DNA from: Nageia nagi
Lineage: Eukaryota > Plantae > Pinophyta
DNA length: 64,000 bases
NCBI GenBank assembly: GCA_050084985.1
Contig: JBITNC010000001.1
Location: forward strand, 176,514,001 to 176,578,000
Direction: 5' to 3'
Part shown: in pieces, positions 38,039-51,560 of the stretch
How positions within the stretch are numbered: the stretch's first letter is position 1
Layout: each line of letters begins with the position of its first letter
Program-made: the position numbers and the translations under genes
Notes under the pieces: model-generated
What the model was told of the DNA's origin: nothing
What the model saw: the letters and a program-made list of their open reading frames with translations, nothing else
Databases searched by the model: none

Positions 38039-40084
38039 ACAAAGACAACATTCCATATCAAATAACACATTACACATTGAATCGGTCAAGTAAATAATGA
38101 TAATCTGATAAATGTGAAATTTCAAATTAGAAATACTTAAGTTTGAAATCATACTAGTAAAACTATAAAATTAAATAGTACTAAGTAAATACCTAAACTA
38201 GACTTTGACATAAATATGTCAAATCAAATTGCCAAAAGTGATTATAAAATGAAGTGTGTTTGTCTTTGCATGAGCATATAGTGTCATTTTTATTGGAAGA
38301 TGAAATCAATATCCAAATATTTGTTGTTCTTATGCATGGATGTGGCAGTATGGTGGTGCACCCCTTAACGAGCAATTTTCAAATTTCTACTATTTTGTTA
38401 ATTCTTACAAATCAGCGATTTTCCCATCGAGGCCATGAAATCGTGGCAAATGTTGTTTCTCCTAGCTCCTCTCAGTTTCTGTTTGTAAAAGTGAAAATGG
38501 ACTAGCCTTTTACGTCTTTACCAACCATCGCTTGACATAGAATTCGGATATTTTCATTGGGAATCATAATTTTTGGGTGATGTTTTGGAGAACTAGAATC
38601 GGGAAAAATGGCCAAAGTCAACAAAATTTTCAAAATTGAAATCAGTTTTCAAAAAATCGTTTTAATGGGCTATCTAGATTTTGGTCCATCTACCAATTAA
38701 TTGGCGATTTTTACAACACTAGTTTAGATTTACTCTTCAGCATTGTCCCTATGAGAAGGGTCGAATATTTCAATATTTTCCCTTTTGTAAACAAGTTGTA
38801 TTACTCTTTGCTTATCAATTCAAAGCTCTTTGACCTTCCAATTTGAATTCCGAATATGTTTATCATTGATAAATGTATGCAGATGTTGTTAATATTTACA
38901 TTTTTGTTAGTTTCTAGTTGGCTTAGGTTGAAATCCATGTCTTTCAAGGTATGAATTGTTTTGAAGATTACGTTGTCCGCTTTGTTGAACATGTAGTTGT
39001 TAGCTAAATATTGTCGAACTCCCTCCTACACCAGAGTGAACTGCCCGAGATGCCAATTTGTTTTTGTTTTCTCATACTCTATCCTTTTCTGAATTTTCTC
39101 CTCCCCTTCTTGATTTCTAAAGGAGCCTACCTTCTTTGGTGGTTGAGTCCAAGATTGCATTGGCTCATCCAATCTACAGATTGATGAACGACGTGTAATA
39201 TTTCCCGATATTGCAGTTGGTTGATCAATAAGTCTCAATTAGTGGAATGTTGATCCTTCTTTAATGAGGTGTGAACAATCATTTATATATGTTGTACACC
39301 ATTATGGATTATAATAACGAAATCCTCCTTTTTTATGTAGTTCTATTTATTAGCTATAGTTTGCATTTCTAATAGTATTGATGTATATTTTGTTTGTTTG
39401 CAAAGTGTAAGCATACACATACAAGTACTTCCCAGGTGGTCAATGTTGATCAAAGTAAAGATCTTCTAATTGGCATATGACAGATATGTTGAATTTGAAA
39501 CTCTTATTTCATTAAACTTCCATTATGATCTTGAAGTGAAAGAAGTGTATCTATTCATGTTTTGTCTCTAAGACCTAAAAACTAACATGGAAAGAGTATC
39601 ACCATCTACACTAAAGTTGAACTTTCTCATGCAAAATCTGAGCATACTAGCCAACAAACAATCTATGTTGACAAGTGACTAAGTGGACTCATCAGGCCAA
39701 TGGCCCAGGTTGTTTCTTCTTTTCCTGTATAGAAAGAATTTTCATGTAATTCCTATGCCGCTCATGTAAATTGAATATTTATGCTCTGTTATGTAAAATA
39801 CTGTAATGTGCCCCAATTCCACCCAAAAATATTTACAGCACACTGAATTCTTAACATGTTATAAGGATACTTTGTAGAAAAAACAACAAATAGAAAACCT
39901 TAAAAGCATCGAAATAATATATTAATGAATGCTTTGATGATGTATAATACCTATCCAAACTTAACAAAATCAACAATTACAAAGAATTTAAAGTTACGTC
40001 AAAGATACCAAAAGCAATAATAACATATAGCTTTAAATGAAAAGTAAATATCCACAGTACAATCAACAGAACCAACATTTTTAC

Positions 40085-40153
40085 CTGAAGCTCCATTTCC
40101 ATAAGAGCGAGTTCATTTTTACATTTGTTCAGTGTCTGCTCCTTGTCACGAAT
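40085..40153 (-). CDS. PTST1: PTST1-like exon, coiled-coil: IRDKEQTLNKCKNELALMEMELQ
   Basis: ctgtAG|ATT...CAG|GTaa; 69 nt, phase 0/0. Matches recalled PTST1 KTELALMELEVQ. Confidence 0.88.
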
Positions 40154-40999
40154 CTACAGACACCATGAGAAACAAGAGACGGTGAACAATGTATAGAAAT
40201 CACAGTTACTAAAAATAGTGAATACTAAAACTTGCATCCACAAAATTTTGAAGTTTTTTTAGTTTACATAACCACCAATAATAAAGCAAGAGTCAAATAT
40301 AGATGGTGGAATTTAAACATTTAATGATGAGAAATCCTATAAGAAAAAGAACAGGAAAGCAAGTGGAATGCATGAATCTAAAAGTTAAAACATTATGAGA
40401 ATAGATTCATTCATACTTCGTGACAAGATGTCCCAAGAGGATTGTGATCATAAGACGTTCAACTAGGATTGTCCAAAGAAACCTAGAACAACAACAATCT
40501 GTAAACTCTTAACAAGATTATTGGAAGTGAGACCTATAACGATGAAGGTGAAGAAGAAGAGAAGACCAATGAAGATGGAACTTTTTGAAGTGAGAACATC
40601 AACCACAAAATTGAAGACAATGAGTGGACCACTGACAAAGAGCAAAATGAAGAAAGGATCAACAGGTAGCAATAAGAATCAGATGCTGGGAGAACCAATG
40701 AAGAAGACAGAACTGGTGAAGCCAGAAAATGAACATAGAGAGTCTAATGAGGAAAGAACTTAGGGAATGACAGAATTCATACAGATAACAATTAAACAAG
40801 CAGTGGAACACTTGATTCACACTATGTGAGAGAGGAGACCAAGACTTGGAGGAACAAGTACTTATTGACAACTTTGTAATTAAAAGGAAAATTGTCTACC
40901 TTGGAGATTGTGGAAGGGAGATTGGGACCAGCAATTCTGTAGGCAAATAAAAAACTATATATATATAAATGTTTTTTTGTTATTTCCATCAAATATATC

Positions 41000-42050
41000 A
41001 TCAAAATTTCATAAATAAATTGCAAAGAAAAAACTACATATAAATGAAAAGCGAAACGACACGAATGTGTGGAGTTCAATAATAAGATTCAGTTCAAGCA
41101 TCCCATCACATAAGCTCAAAACACAACACAACAAAGACATGGACCAAATTAGATGCCTATCTAGATGTGCCATCAGTGGCAGGTGCTTTTTTCTTGGCCT
41201 TCCCTTGCTCCCCCCTCTCTCTTGTAGGGACAGCTGCACCTACATCCTCTCATCAACTTTTAGCAGATGCCTCTTTTCCGGATGTCGCAATAGGATGTTC
41301 CTCCAAATTTTGAAAGCCTTGTAGACAAAACAGGGGCTCAATATTTTGATCCTTGTTCTTGTCCTCTATGATCCAATTATTTTACGGATTGATGGCATCC
41401 AACTCAATAGTTCATCATTGCTGCCATGATTTTTTATGTCGGAGGCAAATGTTGTAACAGGCAAAAACAAAATAATGCAAGAATTGTTGTGTCTGCCTGT
41501 TGCATTTTGGTGCGTTCAAACATACTCTAATTGCTCTTGCACCCCAAAGGATGGATGACTTGCACAAATTACAAATGGTGAGTTTTTGAAGTTATGGTGT
41601 TCAAGCACCACAGTACTCCCACCATAAATCTACAAAAGATGAAACACAAACTAAACCTGATTACTTTTTAAATGAAATCTTTAAAAAAATGACAACTCAA
41701 AAAAACTTAAATCTAGAAAATTAAGGAGAAGAAATAAAATAAATCTGGCTAATGCATCTAGCTTGCTCAAATGCATTACACAGAAGAAAATAGATAGTCC
41801 TCTGTACTCACATAGATTTGTAATTCATCCATAACTCATGTCTTGTGGTTTCCTTGGACCTGTCCACTCAATGCACAAGCGGAGGTCTACGAGAAAATCC
41901 TCATAAATGTCTAAATTCTCAACCTAAAAAAAAAGAGAAGCTTGAGCGAATGCATACATTAATGGTTTGTGCTAATAGTTCAACCATATACAGTCAAAAT
42001 TATCCCAAAAGAACAATATTTCTTAATTGAAAAATCAGCTTATGATGCAA
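41000..42050 (-). mobile_element. Decayed hAT transposase C-terminal remnant
   Basis: After an acceptor near 41630 the minus strand reads LWWEYCGA*TP*LQKLTI, the hAT dimerisation-domain motif WW..YG..TP.LQKLA. Boundaries are approximate. Confidence 0.6.
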
Positions 42051-44779
42051 TAGCAACTTTGGGTCTATCCATGGCTTCATAGATATACCCATGTGGAATT
42101 TCCTAGTCTATGAAAAAAGACCCTAACCATAGGCAGATTGTGTATCCACATAACATCTTTCATGCTATGAATAGGAACTAAGAACTCTACAATATTTCAT
42201 AAATAAGTATGAAAATTGGAATTATAATAATATTTAAACAAAAAAGTGGCCTGAATAACCTATTCTGACGCTTTCCAACAAGCATCATTAAACACACAAT
42301 CGACATTGCTAATAACATTAATCCTCCAATATAGATAGGTCCTGTCCACTCACTAACAAACATACTTTCACAGCTCCCTTTGACTCATAAAAGCTCTATA
42401 AAGGTGATGAATGTCATGGAAAAATGTGTAATCCAAAAATGAGCAAGATCTTTGATTTTGGTAAATTCCCCATCAATTGAGGAATCATGTGTTTTTGTAA
42501 ATGTGTTTTTCTATGCATTTTACCTTACATATAACATCCTTAATCCATGAAATTTGCCCAATTGTATTAGAGGATATATAGATTGTGAAATGATGGGAAG
42601 CTCAAACTGACATCACAACAACTAACTTTAGGTCCAATAGTACTTTGTTGCTTAAAACTTGGACACAGGAAACTCTTTGAGTTTGACTACTATGGTTGTA
42701 GAGGAGTATTGCTATGGTCCATCCATTTTTTTCAAAGGAGATGTAGATTGCAATAGACAAAACAAAGAAACAAGCAACAATTATTGAACTAGAGATGAGG
42801 GATACCACAAAAAAAGATCAACATGAAGACTGTTGATGAGACCATTGAGATAAGGACAAAAAAAGGCAACTTGAAGTGCTGGTCATCTCAATACTGATGG
42901 GTGAATAAAAACTTCAGCATTTATAGGTGATCAGAAAACAAGATCATGTTCACCTTTGAAATGCATGCATACAATGTGGATAGAAAATGGTTGAATAACA
43001 AAGGATATCAATAGATGCCATTCCTTGAAACCAAGTGAGTAGCAAATGACTAGTAAATGGAATAAAAAGGAGACTCCATAAACATGTGCAAGTTGTTAGG
43101 TAAAGCATTTCAAAAATAGAGTGTGCCATTAGGGGATAATAATGACATCATTACCAAGATATACAACACCCAACAAAGAAAAATGGATGTCATCCATGCA
43201 TACAATTAATAGTTGGATTCAGTTTCCAATTTGGAGATTCAACCCACAAATTAATTAAAAAAGATAGCTTATTGAAGGGTTAAGACCAAGGTAGCAAGAA
43301 AAGAAAAGGTTAATACCACCGCCATCATCATTAAGCTTTTCAGCTACAAATAAACAAAGAAATTAGGACTTGAGCAATGATAACTATAGATAGATTATTT
43401 AGACATAAAAAACAATATGAGAGAGTAGGCTCTCAAACATCTCAAGCTTTCATGTAGTGAACATGTTGCATTCATGGATGCTATAAATTTGGAGATCAAT
43501 GTTTATTAAGACACTCAAGAAAGCTTATTTTCTCATTTTAATCCTTTTTGACTATAAGTCCCAACTTTGGGGCATTGGTAGTCTACCATACCTACTTCCT
43601 TCTCAAATCAAAGAACCTCATTTTTTAAGGCCGTTTTGCTCTATCAATAGTCTAAGTTTTCTCAAACACTCTTAAAGTGTGATTTCTTCCTGGTCGTTCC
43701 AAGTTTGAAGCATGATTTACACATGACATCCATTCATCTATCATAACTAGCCAACAAATAAAAGGTTGATATTCACTAGGGCTTATGTGTACAATCATGA
43801 CTTAAATGAGCTCGAAGCTTTTGCATAATATCTATAATCCAAATCAACATTAAATTTGAATGATGTAATCTTGAAACCAAGTCACATCATCCACCTTAGG
43901 ACTGCACTCAAGCTTTCAACTTTTTCAATCTTCAAGTTGATTTTTCTCTTCACACAAAAAATTATCAAGATAACATGCATAATTGTTATTATTCACATAT
44001 TGGGAATATATATAAGGCATATCCATTATGTATCCTCTATTCAAGTATGTTACCCCATCCATTATTCATCCTCCTCATGGTCAATTATGTTGCCCTATTC
44101 ATTCTATTTCTTCTTAAATGTCAACAAGATTCTTTTCCGAAAGTATTTTTTAAGGTGATCCATCTTGCCACAAAAAGAACATCTGGCATGAGGTATATTT
44201 ACTTATGGTTGATAGGGAAGCAACAACTTTCTCAATTCCTTTTTCTAGTTTGACCTTTTTATTCATTTTTCCCTTCATTTCAAAAGCAAAGAGAATTCTC
44301 AAATACTATTGATTCTTCATGAATTGTTTCATCCACTTATCTTTCTAAGTACCTTGTTATATACCTTACCAAAGCTGATGTGGAGAGAGGGAAGATCCTA
44401 CAAGTTATCAGCAAAAAGTTTCACTTTCTTGCAACTTGCAATAGATATAAGGTCTCTAACATTTTCAATATCCAGCAAATGTTGTCAAAGTGAATCACAC
44501 ACTTCTTATATTAGGAGGATACGCAAGTTTATGGGGTAGAAAGCCCTCTATCTCTCTTATCTAAGGTCTTCTTTCAGCTTCACCCAAACATCTAATGTAA
44601 TTTTTGACACAAGTTTAGGCAACATTTCATCTACCTTCTATAATTTGAAAACATCATGACCTTTGTATAGAAAAATACAAGACACTATATTTAAATATGG
44701 ACAATCTACAATAGAATAGATTTATAGCAATATGCACGATTCGAGATGCAAAGAAGAATTATTTGGAGAGGAGAATGTC

Positions 44780-45529
44780 GAAAGCTTGTTGACAAACAAC
44801 TCGTGATCTTGGAGGGCAAACCCTAATTGTAGCAAAACACTAAATTTCAATGAATTTAAATATGATGATTTTGAAGACATTTCTAAGGATGATTATTTTT
44901 TAATGATGCTAAAACTGATGCATTCATTCAAAGCAATCAAGATCAAATGTGCAAGTCAATGAACATTTGAACCAAAATGCTATGCTTTGGGAAAGTGTGC
45001 CAAAATGTTGAGCATTTTACAATAACAAGCCAAAAATTGAGCATTTTAGGACAACATGCCAAAACACTAAGCATTTTCACAAGGTTGACCGTTCTAGGTT
45101 ACATTGCTTCTAGGAAGTGAAATTTCAATATTCTTTAGCACTTTGTTATTCTATGTGATAGAATCTTCAACGAGAGATAAGTAATTGTTAAGCCAAAACA
45201 AATAGGGTGGGTGCCCTAGTTTTAAGTTTATGTTGAAATCATGGAAGAGGATTGATGAATATTGATGATAATTACCTCCTCATTTTTTATCTTTTATATC
45301 TTATTAAATGAGCACTTGCAAGTTTCTTATATAGACTTGATCAATCTGATTTTGGGTTCATCTAGGCAGACCCATTTAAACTGATGTGTGTGTAAGATAA
45401 TATTATATTAAAAGACTTCACTTAAATTAACTAGGAACAACCCAAAAATGGGCCCAAATTCCTATTTTGCATTAATCAACAAAATCACCCAAATACAATC
45501 ATTTTAAATAGTTAAAATGTTATTTTGCA
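44780..45529 (-). mobile_element. LTR fragment of the TGTAGACAC family, interrupted by the LINE derivative
   Basis: Colinear with 26440-27120 (CTTGTTG.CAAACAA...GCAAACCCTA; CAAAATGTTG.GCATTTT; GACCCAT.TA). Confidence 0.65.
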
Positions 45530-47688
45530 AGTAAACCTTCATCTTTTGAGTCATTGATCAAGGACGATGGATTTGTATCAAGCATTGGGTGGGATAACAA
45601 AGGTTCAAGAAGCAACTAGGGTTTCAAGGTGCGACGGCATAGATAGGGAGGAGGGCTCACAAAGCATCAAGGAACATGAGGATGGGTCTCAAGGAACTAA
45701 TGGAGGGTCAGAGACGACCATACGTCTGATGGACCCAGGGGTCCACTCAAGCTTAAAGCAATTGGTAGAGGATCAGGCCTTATGGGACCTGAAGTGGTGG
45801 ATATCAAGGTTGGTCATCCCATTGATGGACAACAAGGGAGCAAATCTTGGGAGTAGATTGTCCAAGACAATGCCAAGAAACACAAGTCCAATCACATAGT
45901 GGACCTTCATCTGCAACAACAAGGTAAGTTGGTTATCCCTCTTACTATCATTGCTTCTGTTCAAGAATAGGGAGCCTTCAATTTGGTAAAGAAAGTTTTG
46001 GCCCTAGACGAGATCTAGACTCTTTGAGGTGTTGCATGGTGGGAAAATGGAGACCCAAGGGGTCTTTGGATGTTACAGTCTTACCAAGATGTTTGTTCTT
46101 GGTAAAACTTGATTCGAAACAAGACATGCAACAGATTCTCTCTAGCGGACCGTGGTTCTTTGGGAAGAGGGGTTTTTTTCCTAAGAAAGTGAGGTTTTGA
46201 CTTTGATCCAAATACCCAACAATTTAACATGGCTCCCATGTGGATTAGATTGCTTGGATTGCCTATTTAGTTTTGGCATGATGATGTATTGATGGGTATT
46301 GCTAGAGCGGTTAGAACCCTTGTAGCTTTGGATAATGCCATGAAAGCCTAGTCATGGATCGTTTTTTCCCATATTAATGTTCAAGTTGATTCAGAAGCAA
46401 ATCTTTCAAAATCCATAACCTTGGTGTTTGACTTGGCGAGCTAGGAGTAAGAGATTGAATATGAATCTAAACCAAGGGCATGTACTTTATGTGGGACTAT
46501 AATTCACTTTACCAGCAGGTGTACAAAGAAGGCAATGCAAAAAGCTACTAACACTGGAACAAGTTTGGCTAAACCCAATAACCCACTCCCTCTAAATCAT
46601 CAAGTTTTTAAGACCATCGAAGGAGCCTTTATTAAATGTCCCAGAGAAAGGAATGACTTCAAAAGAGGTGGTGGAGAAGAGTCTCCCCCTTAGAAATCAA
46701 CAACAAACAATGGAAGGGACGAATGTTCATCTTAAAACCCAACTGCAAGACAAGTGGATGGTGGTCCAGATCGAGAGAGAGATGGAGGAGATTCCAGAAG
46801 CCCAATTTATTCCAAATTGATCCCTTCCCATTGAGAAAGGAACGAAACCTGCACAAAAGATTGGGATCTCTAGTGTTAAGGGAGAGTCTCAAAATGTCAA
46901 ATTTGTACATGAAACTCAATGGACAAACAAATCATGCCACCTGCAAAACAAATGGCAAGAATTGAGAAGCAGCCTCAAGAGACGATCTCAAAGAGAATCC
47001 CCAAGACACAAGTAGAATCTAACAAAAGGCCAAAGAAGATGAGTTGCCAAGGAGCAGAAGCAGAGATTTTTGTGAATTTGGAGATCCCAGAGACTAAGAA
47101 GGTCAAAGCCCTATAATCTGTTAGTGATGAGGAGGTTTCCCGACACATGGAAAAGATGGAGAAACTCTTTGGATTTACACCTTTAAAAATGATGAGGAGG
47201 ACCATGGAGAAGAAGTGTAGAGAAAGCCTAAACTAGCAATCTAAAGAACTAGCAAAAGGATCCAAGAAGAAAGATGAGGTCCAAGAGATTTCGAAAACTC
47301 CACCCTAAAAGCACTACTTCACAATTGAGCAACTTGTGGAAAAAGGATTGACAAAGGAGGAGGCCCACACTTTCCAGAAATGTGACCAGAGCCACAAGGT
47401 GTTCTGGAAAAATAAGTTTGAGGAGGTTGCACGAAGGAAGCAAGGAGTGGAGATCCCAACACGTAACACCCGAAGCTAAAGAAGTCGTCATTAGATTAAG
47501 TTTTGGTTTTTTGTTGTTGTTGTTTTATGTTTTAGTACTGTTTTCCCTAAACCTTCAAGGATATGAGTTTCGTTCCCTGATTTATCTTTTTTGTTGACTC
47601 AAATGTGAGCTTGTTGCAAATCTTTGGTGAAGATTGTAAAAGGTATAGGGTCCTTTGAAAACCCTTGTTCATATTTCTACTTATAAAA
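45530..47688 (+). mobile_element. L1-clade LINE derivative with ORF1 only (DUF4283 + zinc knuckle), decayed
   Basis: 16-bp TSD AAAATG(T/C)TATTTTGCA (45514-45529 and 47689-47704) at a TT/AAAA site; short A tail; near 46225-46520 reads PMWIRLLGLPI*FW...INVQVD...IEYESKPRACTLCGTIIHFTSRC; no endonuclease or RT seen. Confidence 0.85.
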
Positions 47689-47729
47689 AAAATGCTATTT
47701 TGCATAAATATTCTTGAAGTACTAATCTA

Positions 47730-48900
47730 TGTTTTATTTTTTATTTGTTTTTGCTAAAAAGGACATTCTATTAATTTAAAGTGAGTAAAAAGGTTACATC
47801 ACCAACCCTTCCAAGCAAATTGATCTTTCATTAACAATTTTAAAGGGGATTGGCTACAATGCTCTAATTGCACTAAGTTATTGCAAAGAAAAAGGAATCA
47901 ATATTATGAGACACAAATCAATGATATGAGCATCAAGATGTAATATACGGTAATGATCTTCCCTAATTTGTTGCATCCACCAATTGGGGAGGTCTCTATA
48001 AGAAATTAGATTACTAGAAAAAACACCCAAATTCCCAGCAAAAATGAAGATAGGATTGTCATCTAAATGCCTTCCTATACTCCCCATATTTGCCCTTCCT
48101 GGATTACGTCTCGAAGCTCCATCCTTGTTAATCTTCCCAACACCATTAGGAGGGGCTTGCCAATGACCATCTTGATGAATAGGAAACTTGTATTTTTGAA
48201 TATATCGTTGTCTCCATTCATCGAAAGAAACCTTCATCTTATTGAAAATACTATTCCACCTATGGTATGAGAGGAGAGGACCTACAGTACATATATTATT
48301 TCCCTGATATTAGCTAAGGTCCTCTATTAGATATAGTGAATATCTTGTTGAATGTCTTTAAAGATCTTGTTGTTTGTTCCTTTCCAAAGATTCAAGAGCA
48401 ACAAAGAAATGTTAGCCCATACAATCTTCATAAAACTATCCACACCATCCAACCTAGGCCAAAGTACGCTAAGCATGCTCAAAGGAAGTGAACATGTGTC
48501 TAAGATCTAGGAGGGAGGCCAACATTTTATATAATTGGGTAGGCGAGGAACAAGAATGAAAAAGGTGATCTAGAGTCTCTCCATATTTGCAACACATCAC
48601 ATATCTATAGGGGTCAAAAAAACCTTATTTTATCAACCAATCTCATTTAAGGTCAAGCTTATGGGAAAGAAGCCAAATAAAAAACCTTTTTGGGACATAA
48701 CAATTGCTACCAAATTTCACTGAAGTCGTCACTAAAGGAGTTGGTAGCATACCAACATGATGAGAAGTATCCCAAGGCTAATAAATAAACACCCTTGGAG
48801 TGAGAACCCCAACTAAAAGAATCATGTGCTTGGGACAAAGAACGAGATCAAGCTCTAAGAACAATCTACAACTTGTCCAACCACAATATAGTTGTCTATG
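47730..48900 (-). mobile_element. 5'-truncated L1 LINE, 3' end of ORF2 (zf-RVT and RNase H remnants)
   Basis: WQAPPNGVGKINKDGASRRNPG (RNase H-like); CCKYGETLDHLF (zf-RVT-like) near 48560-48600; T-rich tract at 47730-47752 as a decayed poly(A). Confidence 0.8.
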
Positions 48901-48999
48901 GTTCCCTTCATAGTTCGAAAAGCCAGATTCAACCCATATTCTTTGGGTTAAAATGGAGAATATTTGACAATTATGTGACAAAAAAATATGAAAAAAAAA

Positions 49000-51560
49000 C
49001 TAATTTCAGATCAAGTGCGACATCTTTTTGTATTAATTATGAAAAATACATAGTTTTTTTAATCATCAAATAATTCATAGTTTTTTTAATTATCAAATAA
49101 AAGTAAAGGTAAAACATTTAACAGCATTTAAATCTATTGGTTATTACAAAATATGGCAAATTATTCAGCAAAAAAAATATGAAAGAAATCTAATTTGAAA
49201 TAAAGAACATTATATTTTTTGCATTAACTATGAAAAATACATTGTGTTTTGTCATCAAGATTCAAAATACATAGAAAAATGTTTATTACAAACACATCAA
49301 TTATGTGCCCTCTTTTTTCCTTTTTCCTATCTTGTGTTGTCCATGTTGCTTCTTCCATACACCAAGTTCATGTTCTACCTCCCTCTCAATACATTGCATA
49401 TCCTCCTCCTTGAAACAACTTTCCCATGGTTCCAAATTTTTGCTTTGAAGTTTTGTGAGGCATTCAAAAGAGGGATCAATCTCATCCAAATTGATTACAT
49501 CATATCACAATTAGCTCCATCTATTTGTCCATGACAAAGCATGAGATTGCAATGCACGTACACCAAGTTGTTTAGACATTTTTGAGCCAACTTGTTATGC
49601 CTTTTGGAGTATATGTGCTCAAACATACTCCAATTGTACTTGCATCCAATAGAGTTGCAAGGTCAAGACAAAATCTGAATTGGCAATTGTTGAAAGCGAT
49701 ACGCTTTCGTGCCAAAGGACTATCATCATATAGCTGAAAATCAACAAAATAAAATACAAAATAAAAAATCAATCACTTTATAAAAAATTGAAACAAAAAT
49801 AAAAAATATTACCTAGATTTTTAGTTGCATGTGACTTATTTCAAACTGTGCTCAAGAAAAGATAATCCTCTACATTCCTGTAAATTTATCGCGCTCTTTG
49901 TAGTTGATTCATTTTTTCCTCATCTTGGACCACCCTCTCAAGGAAACAATAAAGCTCAGTGAGAACTTCATCATCAACCACAAATGTCTCTTCATAAAAA
50001 TGTTTCAGATTTAGATGGTAGCCCACTGTATGAATTGGCTTATGATGTTGACTTGACTATTTATGGTTGATCAACTCCCAAAAAGGATGATATTGGGCCT
50101 CTATGTTTATAATGACCTCCTTGACCTTATTCATGGGCTCCTATATATAATCCATCGGTGATTTGTTTGCAAATTCAACAATGCAAAAAAATTTCACCAA
50201 AGGTTCAAATACTTGAATATATGAAAGAAACAAATATTTAAAACTTGAGTTACAAATATAAAACATTAAAAAAATAAATAAATCATGAACAAACACTAAA
50301 CTAGATGACTTCATATGAACTCTTCTAAAAACCATCATAAAAAACAATACTTGTAACCAGAAGGGCTTCATTTTTATCCTAGAAATATGGGACTCTAACC
50401 ATTCTTGGGAAATAAACATCCTCTTTATCGTTGCCTTTGTAGAATAAAGTCTCGACAAACTAAGGAAGTTAGTGGCAAACTGTGTGACTCTAGGTTGAAT
50501 GATCTCCCTCCTATTTGTATACTGCCTCATTAAGTTACGAACACAAGAATGATTGTAGATGAATTTTGTTATTTTTTTAACATTGATCATCGCTCCTTTG
50601 ACCCAACTTATTTTCCCTATATTCTCCAATATAAGGTCAATGAAATGGACTACACAAGGAGTCCAAAAAAAAGCAAGAAACCTCTCTTCAAGAAGTCTAC
50701 CTCTTTCCACATATGTTGTTTCCGATGATAACTTAGACCACATTTTGTGGCCCAACCTCCAATACTACCTCCTCAAGGAAGGTGAACAATGTTCTTCTTG
50801 TTTTATTTTATGTAAGGCATCTATTGATTTTAGAGATATAATGCCCCCTATTGATGCAACCAAAACATTGATGCATGTTTGTCCCCTTCCATCCATCAAC
50901 CCAACAAACATAATAGTGCAACCCTTCTTCACCCGTTTTTTTTTACTCCTAAATGAGCAAATGTGTGTCATTTACACATTGGGTAAGACAAGGTCCTATA
51001 TACTCATAATATGTTGGGAGTTCGAAGTTTGAACCCCCACACCAACAACTATCAAAGCATTCACCATAGCATCGTAGATGGTGAGTAGAAAGCATAGAAT
51101 TGAACGCTGGAAAAATACCAAAAATTGACCATTGCTTTTTTTGCCTCTGCATGCATCTCCTTTTTCCAACTAGTTGCCTCAAGAGTTTGTTGTCCACCTA
51201 GATTCCTACAAGGAACAAAAATGAACTACTAGTAGAAAGCAATTGTTAGCCAGATTCGGATACAAAATCATGATGAACCCAAGGCCCAATGTTACTATGA
51301 ATGAACCAAGTACAAAAGGTGGACTAGTAAAAATTCTCAACTTCAAGGTAAGCGTTCATCTCTTGTTCTACCTCTAGATGAACACTACAACATATCTTCA
51401 CATCTTTCCATGAAATGCAAGCAAGATGATATTTTTACAATTGATACCACAGCTTATGAGCTTGCCACAAACTTACATGCCTATGACTACGTACATGTGG
51501 TATATGCATCCATGAACCATCTACACTCATCTAATCACATGTACTAACAACTTGAAAACA
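49000..51560 (-). mobile_element. Decayed hAT transposon (DUF659-type transposase pseudogene with introns)
   Basis: FWTPCVVHFIDLILENIG, KKITKFIYNH, QPRVTQFATNFLSL, DGRGQTCINVLV; C-terminal NWSMFEHI.SKRHNKL near 49590-49640. Termini not identified. Confidence 0.9.

Larger units (their letters stand above)
34743..38721. mobile_element. hAT-like non-autonomous element split by a nested long LTR-like insertion
   Basis: Ends CATAGTTGTAAGAAT / ATTTTTACAACACTA; TSD GTTTAGGT/GTTTAGAT (7/8); AATCG/CGATT subterminal motifs at both ends. Confidence 0.65.

Noticed and set aside
42600-44640. Decayed coding-like TE sequence on the minus strand
   Set aside because: No domain or terminus could be assigned by eye.
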